NCBI GenBank assembly: GCA_964478855.1
Contig: CAYZKL010000003.1
Span: forward strand, 19,686-74,660
DNA length: 54,975 nucleotides
Source of the DNA: an uncultured Flavipsychrobacter sp.
GTDB lineage: Bacteria; Bacteroidota; Bacteroidia; Chitinophagales; Chitinophagaceae
Reading direction: 5' to 3'
This document shows, piece after piece, positions 46,040 through 54,560 of this stretch. The position numbers and the translations under genes are program-made. The notes beneath the pieces were generated by a model. The model was given only the letters and a program-made list of their open reading frames with translations. It was not told the DNA's origin and did not search any database. Each line of letters begins with the position of its first letter. Position 1 is the stretch's first letter.

Positions 46040-48514
46040 ATGTCGAACTTTAAATTTGTGCCTGAGTTGTTTGTAGAAGTGCGGGAATTGAATTTTATTT
46101 CAAAAACTGCGGACGAGTATGGATTTAGAAAAGCACTCCTCCATGATTCTGTAAATTATGGTTTGATAAAGTCAATATTGGACCCTTCATTTGACAATGG
46201 TCGTGTATCAAGGGATGTCGATTCTGGTACAGATAGAACTATTAAGATAAATCCTGTTCAAGGCATAGATAGCAGCGGCAATTTTATTCATTCACCATCC
46301 ATTATCAACCAAATACCAATAATTAACGATGGTAATTGGTATTGGGTTAAAATAAGGCATAGTTACACTAATCGTGAAAAAGGAACTGTATCAATAGCAA
46401 CCAATGGTGATCTTGTTGGTTCCGGCACTGAATTCACAAAAATACTCAGGGGCCAACCAAATTTCCCTTCCAAAATAAAACTAACTGATTCCACCTTCAA
46501 CACACTTGAATATCAAGTTTTAAGTGTCACAGATGACAATCATGCCATCCTTGCTAATCCTGCTGCAAACATAAGTGGTGTTGCTGAGTTCGTTTCTGAA
46601 ACTAACTTGCATTTTGCGGTTGTCGGCACATTTACTCCAGGTGTAGCGATTCCTCCAGGTGATAAGTATCCTTTCCAGTATGATTCAATGACCTACTCAA
46701 TAGAACTTGAAACTTCAACCAATACTCCACCAACCTATGTTCCTGGCCAAGAGTTCTATTTGGCCCGATTTACGGTTTCTGGAAGTGATGTTGTTATACA
46801 GGATGTAAGAAAAGACTATTACGAAACTAAAGGAAGTGAACTAATTACGACTATTGATAGATCTGCAAATCCATTAGTGGGTGTTGAATCTGTTAAATGG
46901 CAAACAAAAACCAATCCAGCATCTCAAAGCATAGTTGAAGTTGCTTGGGGTATGAGATCCGACAACTGGAGCATCAATTCAAGTCAGAATATAGTAACTC
47001 TTAATTCAGGATTGGGAGGAAAATACATAAACACTACCCTATTTACAGATGGAGATTTTAATGGATGGAGGCTATATACAGGAAATGGGAAATATAGCTA
47101 TGTGATATCCTCTATAAAAGCCGGAACTGCCATAAATTTATTCCTTGACACATTGCACGTTGATAATTATTCAACAGATGGAGGAACTACCCTGATAACA
47201 CAAACATTACTTGTTGTTCCAAATGCTGATACCATTGAATTCAAGTGTGAATCTGAACCAACTGATAGTGTTCCTTTAGTAAATAAGTTAGATTCGTTTG
47301 CAATAAATGATTTAACCGGCAAAGTTGAACTTGAAGTATATAAGCCAATATCAGTTTTCTATAATTTCCAGTACAGGTATAAACGTATTTGTGAATTTAC
47401 AGAATGGAGGACAATACCATCAGACAATTCAAACGGCTACTTAACAGAAGTTAGTTTTGATTCCGATGGAAATCTTATTTCTCCAGTAAGGCAAACATAT
47501 ACCCAAGACCCTGTTAATGGTTTTATAGAATTGACCGCTTGCCCTTGGTCTTACAGTGATTTTCAAAATAAAGTATTCAAAGGAGACAAAATAGGTGTCA
47601 ACATAATCACCTCGCTCACCTCCACAGTAACTTACAACCTTCAGGTAGGAGTTGATAAGAACTATCAATACATCGGAGGCGCACAATCCATAGCCTCAGA
47701 CACTATCTTCACCTTGTTAACCACTGGTGCAGTAGAAGGAAATGAATTCAGGATTCACTTTAATTGCTCATCACTTGGTTTATCCGGTCATAGCATTTTA
47801 ATCAAATCAGGGTCAACGGTTATCAAGACAATTGGAATTGGAGATGTCTATAGCATGTTAAACCAAGTTGGAGGAATAATCTTCACTTGTAAATATTCAG
47901 GAAGTGCCTGGTTAATATCACAGAATTACGATAATGGCATTCCAGGAAAGATCGAAGCAATTGATGGAGTGATAAGTGATCTCTTTGATATAACCGGAGG
48001 TGTAAATAATGCAAAAGGTAAAGTGATGGGGCTGTACGGTTATTCGCTCTGTAACGCATCCGGAACAGTAGATGGGGTAACAGTACCGAATCTTGCTTAT
48101 CGCTTCATTTTAGGGCAAGGAAATGACGGAGCGGGGCATATTGCATCAGTTGGGGATACAGGAGGTAATGTAGACATAAACCTTAGTACCGGACAATTAC
48201 CATCCCACAACCACTCAGCATCCCAGGGAAGCCATAGTCATACAGCAACAGCAAGTCCCCACGATCACCAAACACTTAACTCACTTGCGGATACCTCCCA
48301 AGGGGTAACAGGAGATGGGGGACGTGTGGCCACTGGAACTGAAACAGTGGAACCATCAGGTACGTTAAGTAGTAGAACAAGCTCGGAAACTGTCTCTGTT
48401 TCAATGTCAAGCGATTCAGCCGGTGCTATTACCATTGGAAATACCGGAAGTGGTGATGACATCAACATCCAAAACCAATATTATGCTATGATATATTGCA
48501 AGAAGCTTTATTAA
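46040..48514 (+). CDS. Phage tail fibre/baseplate-associated protein with C-terminal collar and HxH tip
   Basis: YLARF...IQDVR; LCN..G...VPNL..RFILG, TGG...NL...QLPSHNH, SHSH, HDH, QYYAMIYCKKL. Confidence 0.8.
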   Translation: MSNFKFVPELFVEVRELNFISKTADEYGFRKALLHDSVNYGLIKSILDPSFDNGRVSRDVDSGTDRTIKINPVQGIDSSGNFIHSPSIINQIPIINDGNWYWVKIRHSYTNREKGTVSIATNGDLVGSGTEFTKILRGQPNFPSKIKLTDSTFNTLEYQVLSVTDDNHAILANPAANISGVAEFVSETNLHFAVVGTFTPGVAIPPGDKYPFQYDSMTYSIELETSTNTPPTYVPGQEFYLARFTVSGSDVVIQDVRKDYYETKGSELITTIDRSANPLVGVESVKWQTKTNPASQSIVEVAWGMRSDNWSINSSQNIVTLNSGLGGKYINTTLFTDGDFNGWRLYTGNGKYSYVISSIKAGTAINLFLDTLHVDNYSTDGGTTLITQTLLVVPNADTIEFKCESEPTDSVPLVNKLDSFAINDLTGKVELEVYKPISVFYNFQYRYKRICEFTEWRTIPSDNSNGYLTEVSFDSDGNLISPVRQTYTQDPVNGFIELTACPWSYSDFQNKVFKGDKIGVNIITSLTSTVTYNLQVGVDKNYQYIGGAQSIASDTIFTLLTTGAVEGNEFRIHFNCSSLGLSGHSILIKSGSTVIKTIGIGDVYSMLNQVGGIIFTCKYSGSAWLISQNYDNGIPGKIEAIDGVISDLFDITGGVNNAKGKVMGLYGYSLCNASGTVDGVTVPNLAYRFILGQGNDGAGHIASVGDTGGNVDINLSTGQLPSHNHSASQGSHSHTATASPHDHQTLNSLADTSQGVTGDGGRVATGTETVEPSGTLSSRTSSETVSVSMSSDSAGAITIGNTGSGDDINIQNQYYAMIYCKKLY

Positions 48515-48550
48515 TTGAACAGAACTCGCAGGGAATAATTATCTGAATAA

Positions 48551-48982
48551 TTAGCTATTTAGATATTCTATGAATTCAGCTTCAACATTTTCGCTTAAAC
48601 AGACTGCATTTATTAAATCCTGGTAGTGATTTTCCGGCATGGGAATCTCGGTCCTGCGGAAGTCTCCTTTAATCAATTCCAACAGCCTTTTCTTGCTATA
48701 AGACTTAACAATATTACAGTCAAACCAGGATTCTTTTTTCAGCGGACAAAGCGGGTCCTTTTTTATATTGACAATTGTATCTGTTGAAAATTGTCTTGCT
48801 GCAACCCTTCTGTAGATCGACTCCTTTTGAGTACTGGCAATAACAAATTGGAATTCATCGTTAAAATTTCCAATACAGGTATACAAATGAGGATCGGTAG
48901 ATGACAATTCAGGATTTGCGGTAATAATTAAAACATCCTTTGGCCTTAGCGAGTCTATCATTACACTGGCAGGAAATTTCAT
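48551..48982 (-). CDS. Putative toxin, PemK/MazF-like fold, partner of the Panacea antitoxin
   Basis: Directly downstream of the Panacea gene; PHLY..I, IASTQ, PLKKESWFDCN pattern. Confidence 0.55.
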   Translation of the reverse strand: MKFPASVMIDSLRPKDVLIITANPELSSTDPHLYTCIGNFNDEFQFVIASTQKESIYRRVAARQFSTDTIVNIKKDPLCPLKKESWFDCNIVKSYSKKRLLELIKGDFRRTEIPMPENHYQDLINAVCLSENVEAEFIEYLNS

Positions 48983-48991
48983 AAGAGAATC

Positions 48992-49591
48992 TTACGATAA
49001 CGACTCTTTGTATATCTCTTTCACACACTCTAACACTTCAGTCGATTGATTAAAAACATGGTCGCCAAATGATGTTTCATTAAAAAAATCATCTGGGTTT
49101 ATTGTAAAACGACCATCAGGAGAAACTTCTAACTCATTTTTGAAACGCATCCATTCGTCAAACAAATGCGAATAGTCTGACAATTGCCATTTTGTCATAT
49201 TCGAAAATTTCTCAAAAACCTCTTCTAAAACCTTAATGTCCGTTTTAGAAAAAACTTTCAATTCAACAGGATTGGCAGAATTAAAGTTCCTATGGTATGT
49301 GTCAGTGGGAATAATATATTCAGCCGAATATTTAAAAGAGTCTTCTGGAAGAAATTCTGACTCTCTTTTAATCAAATTATATGTTGATGAAGCTACTGGG
49401 CCTAATTTCATCGCAAAATATTCGTCATTTGTTATCATACGCCCATATCTGCGCAGATGCAAACGATCAGCCAACCAAATCAATTTAACGGCCTTAAGCG
49501 TCTCAATGCTCCCACCTTCCTTTATTGCAAAAAGGTTTAAAGCTTGAGTAGCTTTCTTGTAATTAAATTGATTCATAATGATTGTGTGCAA
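48992..49591 (-). CDS. Panacea (DUF4065/SocA-like) antitoxin
   Basis: LKAVKLIWLADRLHLRRYGRMIT.D.Y.AMKLGPV.S, FS.MTKWQLSDYSH..EW. Confidence 0.85.
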   Translation of the reverse strand: MHTIIMNQFNYKKATQALNLFAIKEGGSIETLKAVKLIWLADRLHLRRYGRMITNDEYFAMKLGPVASSTYNLIKRESEFLPEDSFKYSAEYIIPTDTYHRNFNSANPVELKVFSKTDIKVLEEVFEKFSNMTKWQLSDYSHLFDEWMRFKNELEVSPDGRFTINPDDFFNETSFGDHVFNQSTEVLECVKEIYKESLS

Positions 49592-49733
49592 AATAACTGA
49601 TGCACAAAGTTAAAAAAGTTTTTAAGACTACCTAATCTAAGCAACTTATTATATTTTATTACCAAAATCGTGCCCAATTGATTGATGCAGTCGCTAATCT
49701 ACGTATAAACCTCTTAAACACTTATATATATAT

Positions 49734-50003
49734 TTAAATATTTGAATTACGAATAGCAAGGTACCCATTATAGTCAATCAAGACCCCAATTACCGGCACC
49801 TTACTCTTCAGGTGCTTGTATTCAAAAAGAAAAGAATAGACCTTATGTCTCTTCCATTTTTCTCTTTCCATGAATTCTGTAACTGTTAAAAATTCCCTCT
49901 TGGCAATACCATCTTTTTTTATTTTCGCAATAAGCTTTCCTTGAGCTTCCAACTTAATGGTTATGCTTTCTATCAGTATTGCAATTTCAGTATGTATATC
50001 CAT
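49734..50003 (-). CDS. Small HTH-like hypothetical protein (paralog 1)
   Basis: REFLTVTEF....KRHKVY..L...KSKVPVIGVLIDY. Confidence 0.55.
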   Translation of the reverse strand: MDIHTEIAILIESITIKLEAQGKLIAKIKKDGIAKREFLTVTEFMEREKWKRHKVYSFLFEYKHLKSKVPVIGVLIDYNGYLAIRNSNI

Positions 50004-50009
50004 GTTGTT

Positions 50010-50309
50010 TTAATTATACCGTTTAATTTTTAAGAATTCTTTGTAGTTAATCATTATCCCAAGTTTCTTTACTCGACTTGTTATATAACGATGCTCACGG
50101 AGGATTCTATACATTCGACTTTGTGTTTGTGAAGGAGATTCACCAGGTCTTTTGATAATTTCTTGAAATTCCTTCGTTGTTAGCATTTTCTTTGATCCAT
50201 CTTCACCTCTCAGTAAATCATTTAATATTTTGATCTGCCTCGATAGCTTAAGTTCTAATAATTTAAGATCTCTTTTGAATGAAATCAGTTCATTTGTATG
50301 ATTTGGCAT
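50010..50309 (-). CDS. Small HTH-like hypothetical protein (paralog 2)
   Basis: KKMLTTKEF...QSRMYRIL...TSRVKKLGIMINY; ATG at 50309 preferred as the start. Confidence 0.55.
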   Translation of the reverse strand: MPNHTNELISFKRDLKLLELKLSRQIKILNDLLRGEDGSKKMLTTKEFQEIIKRPGESPSQTQSRMYRILREHRYITSRVKKLGIMINYKEFLKIKRYN

Positions 50310-50601
50310 GCCTGATTTTTTTGACAAACCAAGCACTTACAATTCATTATTACAAAATCATTTTTTGCCCATAAAATCCTTGGAAAAAGAAAGAAAAATT
50401 AACTTGAAGACCAATATATAATCTGAAATGACGTATGGAAGCGGATGTATAAAATTGAATCGGTGTCAAGAATACTAAAAGTCATTAAAATTAAAAAATT
50501 TTACTCGACACATCCTAAGCTTCGGTTTGCCTACAAATTAATACAATTTATAACGCTTCCAATCCGGCAATATACATTTGTTACTACACAGTTGCTTTTA
50601 T

Positions 50602-50628
50602 AAAAAAAGGGACCAATTGGCCCCTCTT
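50602..50628 (-). terminator. Probable terminator
   Basis: AAAAAAAGGGACCAATTGGCCCCTCTT just downstream of 50632-51120. Confidence 0.55.
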
Positions 50629-50631
50629 ATA

Positions 50632-51120
50632 TTAATCAACAAACTTTCGTAGCTGATCTATTATTGTCTCAAACCATTGCCGGAAATCGAGACATTCTAT
50701 TATCTCAGAGTAATCATACCTCACTTCCATTGATAGGTACTTCCAAAATTCAGTGATCCCAAAACACTCCATTAGCAATTCATAGTTTGAATAACGTTGA
50801 TCGTCTTCCTTAGTAAAAGTAATTTTTCTGAAGATGGACATAAGTTCTGTCATATTGTTATGAGAAAGTGTTTTCTTATTCTTCATCGTTTTGCAAAATG
50901 AGAATAGTTCTTCTATTGCCTGGAAACCAAGGCATATGTTATACTTTTCGTCCTTGGTAAAATCTTCACCGAAATTCCCTCCCTGGTAGCCATAAATAAA
51001 TGCATTCTCTTTGACATCGACAAATGCATGTCCAAATGAATTTAGAGGTTCATTGTACTCTCTGATTAACCCTAATGTTTGTTGGTTTAGAATGTTGTTA
51101 ACTGCTATTTTACTTTCCAT
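50632..51120 (-). CDS. Hypothetical protein
   Basis: 162-aa ORF; no motif recognised. Confidence 0.6.
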   Translation of the reverse strand: MESKIAVNNILNQQTLGLIREYNEPLNSFGHAFVDVKENAFIYGYQGGNFGEDFTKDEKYNICLGFQAIEELFSFCKTMKNKKTLSHNNMTELMSIFRKITFTKEDDQRYSNYELLMECFGITEFWKYLSMEVRYDYSEIIECLDFRQWFETIIDQLRKFVD

Positions 51121-51152
51121 AAAAATTGATTTTAATTATTAATAATGATTGA

Positions 51153-51548
51153 TTACTTAACGAGAGGAACTAAAACAAAATCCATGTTGATACCCTCAAA
51201 TCTGAAGGTGGGTCGTACAGAATCAATATGTGGTTGCCGGTTGTAAATTTCTACTCTACCCTCTTCTGAGTTTATTATAGTTGACAACACTTCACATAAT
51301 GCTTGGCTGTCTTGATTGACTTGATACCATGAATCGAAATCGTTCGATATATGGGTACGGATATACTTAGAAAGCTTCCAAAAAGAAATAGCTTTTCTAA
51401 TAAAATACGGTTCGTTGACTTCAGGACAGTTAATGGTCTTGCAATAAGCCCACATAAAACATGACAATGATCCTGGAATAACCGCTTTTACTTCAAGCTT
51501 GAAATTCTGGTAAGTGTTCTGAAAGTGCATCGTTCTAATTTTCAACAA
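51153..51548 (-). CDS. Hypothetical protein
   Basis: 131-aa ORF in an operon with 50632-51120; start uncertain. Confidence 0.55.
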   Translation of the reverse strand: MLKIRTMHFQNTYQNFKLEVKAVIPGSLSCFMWAYCKTINCPEVNEPYFIRKAISFWKLSKYIRTHISNDFDSWYQVNQDSQALCEVLSTIINSEEGRVEIYNRQPHIDSVRPTFRFEGINMDFVLVPLVK

Positions 51549-51549
51549 A

Positions 51550-51614
51550 TATATACCGTATATACGGTATATACAAATGAAATAACTTTGTATATATTGT
51601 ATAGACGGTATATA
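51550..51614. promoter_or_regulatory. Perfect 24-bp palindrome plus a degenerate second copy (operators)
   Basis: TATATACCGTATATACGGTATATA at 51550-51573; TATATATTGTATAGACGGTATATA at 51591-51614 (3 mismatches). Confidence 0.75.
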
Positions 51615-51639
51615 TACATACTTTTACAAAAAATATACT

Positions 51640-51834
51640 ATGGCAACCGATAAAACATTCACAGGTTTTAAAATTCCAAATGAAGTCTTGGCCAAGGCAA
51701 AATATATTGCTTGGTTTGAGAGAGAGACATTAACTGCAAAAATTGTAGATTATCTCGATTCAGAGATTTTGAAGTTTGAAAAGAAGAATGGAGCAATTAC
51801 AGATGAGCAGATAAAAAAGTCAGCAAAGAAATAG
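51640..51834 (+). CDS. Ribbon-helix-helix-like small DNA-binding protein
   Basis: TFTGFKIPNEVLAKAKYIAWFERETLTAKIVDYL: beta-strand then two helices. Confidence 0.65.
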   Translation: MATDKTFTGFKIPNEVLAKAKYIAWFERETLTAKIVDYLDSEILKFEKKNGAITDEQIKKSAKK

Positions 51835-51844
51835 ATTTACTTAT

Positions 51845-52306
51845 CTAAAAATTGACTGCAACTTTAGCAGCCTCTTCAATACGCTGATTGGACTCTTCCT
51901 TATTGGCCTCAACAATAGATGTACAATAGAATATTTCCCCTGTATTGGCCTTTAAACTCCCATCTTCTTGAGTTTTGAGTATAAGAAGTAACTTTCTTTC
52001 CGGAATTTCAAAAATGCCATTCTTAAATGAATAATGAAGTAAGGTAGAATGATTCATTATCCCAGGATCATTTTTGTAATTTCTCATTTTTGCAGTTAGT
52101 TTAATGTAGGAAACGGTATTCCTCACTTCCACAACATCACTGGACTTGAACTCCAATTTATACTCAGCTATATTCTGGCTGATCATATTTACAGATAACA
52201 AATAGAATGTCTTGCCGGTTATTCCAGAGTTAGTACAGGAATTAATTGTCAAGCTGATAGCGAGCAGTAAACTTAGTTTTAGTCTTGCATACATATATGT
52301 ATGCAA
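51845..52306 (-). CDS. Putative lipoprotein
   Basis: LLLAISLTINSC lipobox-like sequence. Confidence 0.55.
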   Translation of the reverse strand: MHTYMYARLKLSLLLAISLTINSCTNSGITGKTFYLLSVNMISQNIAEYKLEFKSSDVVEVRNTVSYIKLTAKMRNYKNDPGIMNHSTLLHYSFKNGIFEIPERKLLLILKTQEDGSLKANTGEIFYCTSIVEANKEESNQRIEEAAKVAVNF

Positions 52307-52341
52307 TATTATGCAAACTAAATTGGATTTTTCCTACCTGA

Positions 52342-52560
52342 ATGGGGAAAACCGAAAAAGAAATATTATTGAAGAAGATCGCAACAAGAGTAAAACAGTT
52401 GCGAGCTGCCAAAGGTTTAACCCAACGGGACATTATCTATTCAACAGACATCAATATCATCAGAATAGAAAATGCAGAAATAAATGTAACTATATACACT
52501 ATCGAGAGGCTTTGTGAATACTTCGAAATAAGCCTTGGTGAATTCTTTAAAGACCTTTAG
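52342..52560 (+). CDS. XRE/Cro-like HTH regulator
   Basis: RVKQLRAAKGLTQ, RIENAEINVTIYTIERLC.YF.ISL.EFF. Confidence 0.9.
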   Translation: MGKTEKEILLKKIATRVKQLRAAKGLTQRDIIYSTDINIIRIENAEINVTIYTIERLCEYFEISLGEFFKDL

Positions 52561-52690
52561 TAAGTCTATCAAACTAACTTTTACTCTCACTTTTTGTCTT
52601 CAAGCTTCCGAATATGGTTAATTACACTCCTACGAGAGTGTTTAAATATACGTTTCACCTAACTTTTTATAATTTGTCATCTTAACTCTA

Positions 52691-53542
52691 ATGACAAATA
52701 TGGACTTCAAATTTCTTGAACCAGAAAAAGCATTTTTTAGAAATCCTTATTCTATAGCTCCTCCTGGCTATAATAGGCAATATGTAGCTCATCCAATTAA
52801 TGATGGGGGTTCTGTTGAAATTGCAATATTTCAGGAACATCGGTACGCATTCTATTCATGGTTAAAATGGACAAATGAAAAGAAAAAAGTACCAAGTTTA
52901 GTTACTCTTGATTGGCACCAAGACTTATTTGCTCCAGACTCTTTAGAGAAAGAATGGTTATTAGGCTTGAATCAAGGTGATGATGCAGAGGTTTCATTCT
53001 TTTGTTGGGCAAAACTTGCCGGTAATAATGATGGTCACATACTCAGTGCGGCCTTTCTAAATTTGATTGGGAATGTGTATGTTCATTGCAGGCAAGGACG
53101 CTTTGCGAAAAATATCGAGATTCGTGAATTAATAGATCATTTAGGTAACATCCACTTAATAAAAATATTCAAGGAGTATACTGACCTTGAAAATGAGCTA
53201 TTAAATTCAGAAGAAAATGCCGTGTATTTTGATATCGATTTAGATTATTTCACCCTTGAAAATAACACTTCAAACGACAAACAAAGATTTACATACCTAA
53301 CTACAAAACAAATCAATGAATTGCTTGCACCTTCACGACCTTTAATAAATTGGATATTTGAAAGGTTGGAAGGCATGACAATAGCTACTGAACCTAACTG
53401 TACTGGAGGGTTACTTAAATCGAATAAACTATTAGAGAAAATAAACAACATGTACTTCCATCCAGCGATCTTTAAGTATCAGTGTAATTGGAAATGGAAA
53501 AAAGCGATTATAATTTTTTCCATAACGGATATCTGCACATAA
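52691..53542 (+). CDS. UPF0489-family (arginase/deacetylase-like) protein
   Basis: QEHRYAFYSW, VTLDWHQDL, YFDIDLDYF, TIATEP.CTGG. Confidence 0.75.
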   Translation: MTNMDFKFLEPEKAFFRNPYSIAPPGYNRQYVAHPINDGGSVEIAIFQEHRYAFYSWLKWTNEKKKVPSLVTLDWHQDLFAPDSLEKEWLLGLNQGDDAEVSFFCWAKLAGNNDGHILSAAFLNLIGNVYVHCRQGRFAKNIEIRELIDHLGNIHLIKIFKEYTDLENELLNSEENAVYFDIDLDYFTLENNTSNDKQRFTYLTTKQINELLAPSRPLINWIFERLEGMTIATEPNCTGGLLKSNKLLEKINNMYFHPAIFKYQCNWKWKKAIIIFSITDICT

Positions 53543-53543
53543 A

Positions 53544-54560
53544 GTGAATGAAACAGCAATGGAAATATTGAGACTTATTTATGATGGGTATAATAAACAA
53601 AGCAACACTTATGCTAAGTGCATTTTATTGATTCAGAGGAGGCTATTCTCATATACTGTGGCCTATGACTTTACAGTAAAAAATGGATATCCTATTTGCT
53701 CAGAGGCACATATTGATATGCTGATTGAAGCATTATGTGAAAAAGAAGGTGGGGATTTATGGGATGCTTATTCACAGGCCAAAATAAATGGCTCCTATTT
53801 TATTCATTTTGCTAATAAGAATGTTTCCGGATGTAATCCTTTTAATGTACCTCGATTTTCAGAAAAGGACTTTCAAAATGTTATAACAGAATTAGGAGGA
53901 AACAAAATTCCTGAATCAACAATTAAGACACCGGATTTTCTTTTAAACAAAGTAATTTATGAATTGAAGGACATTCAAACGGATAGTCTTTTTAACAAAG
54001 ATCGTCAGAATAAAATTGGTGAAATTTTTAGAAACAATCCTAAGCATTTTATCGATCTAAATCCAGAGATTAATCATGGTCAAGAATCCTTAAAATATTA
54101 CCAAACGATCAAGAACACAATTCAAACTCACATAAAAAAAGCTTCTGAACAGATTAAAGCATATAAAACTCAGAATGAATTCAATTCTGCTGGATTAATT
54201 CTGCTGAACACTGGCATGTTTAGTTTGCCTCATAAATTATTTGTGAAGTTTGTAGAACAAAGTCTCAATAACACTAAAACGGTGGATTTTGTATACATAT
54301 TCTCTCAAAACATGCAAGGTTCGTGGTTTGACCTTTATGCTAACTATGCAAGTGACTTTATTGGAGCTTTACCTGATGGAGGTGATAAGTTAAAAAAGAA
54401 GGTTGGACAATTGATTAACTCAAAAATGACAGATATGGCAAGAGGGGGCCAATTTGAATCAATTATCGATCAAATGCACCCAATTTCATTTGAAGCAAAT
54501 AATCAAATCTTCTACTGGAATCCTGGTGCAATTCCCTCAACCTTACCTAAAACAAAGTAA
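53544..54560 (+). CDS. Hypothetical protein with a PD-(D/E)xK nuclease-like motif
   Basis: KTPDFLLNKVIYELKDI, then IKKASEQIK and GLILLN. Confidence 0.55.
   Translation: MNETAMEILRLIYDGYNKQSNTYAKCILLIQRRLFSYTVAYDFTVKNGYPICSEAHIDMLIEALCEKEGGDLWDAYSQAKINGSYFIHFANKNVSGCNPFNVPRFSEKDFQNVITELGGNKIPESTIKTPDFLLNKVIYELKDIQTDSLFNKDRQNKIGEIFRNNPKHFIDLNPEINHGQESLKYYQTIKNTIQTHIKKASEQIKAYKTQNEFNSAGLILLNTGMFSLPHKLFVKFVEQSLNNTKTVDFVYIFSQNMQGSWFDLYANYASDFIGALPDGGDKLKKKVGQLINSKMTDMARGGQFESIIDQMHPISFEANNQIFYWNPGAIPSTLPKTK

Noticed and set aside
41827-48514. Tailocin or extracellular contractile injection system
   Set aside because: No sheath, tube, baseplate wedge, spike or lysis genes are present, so the module cannot build a particle on its own.
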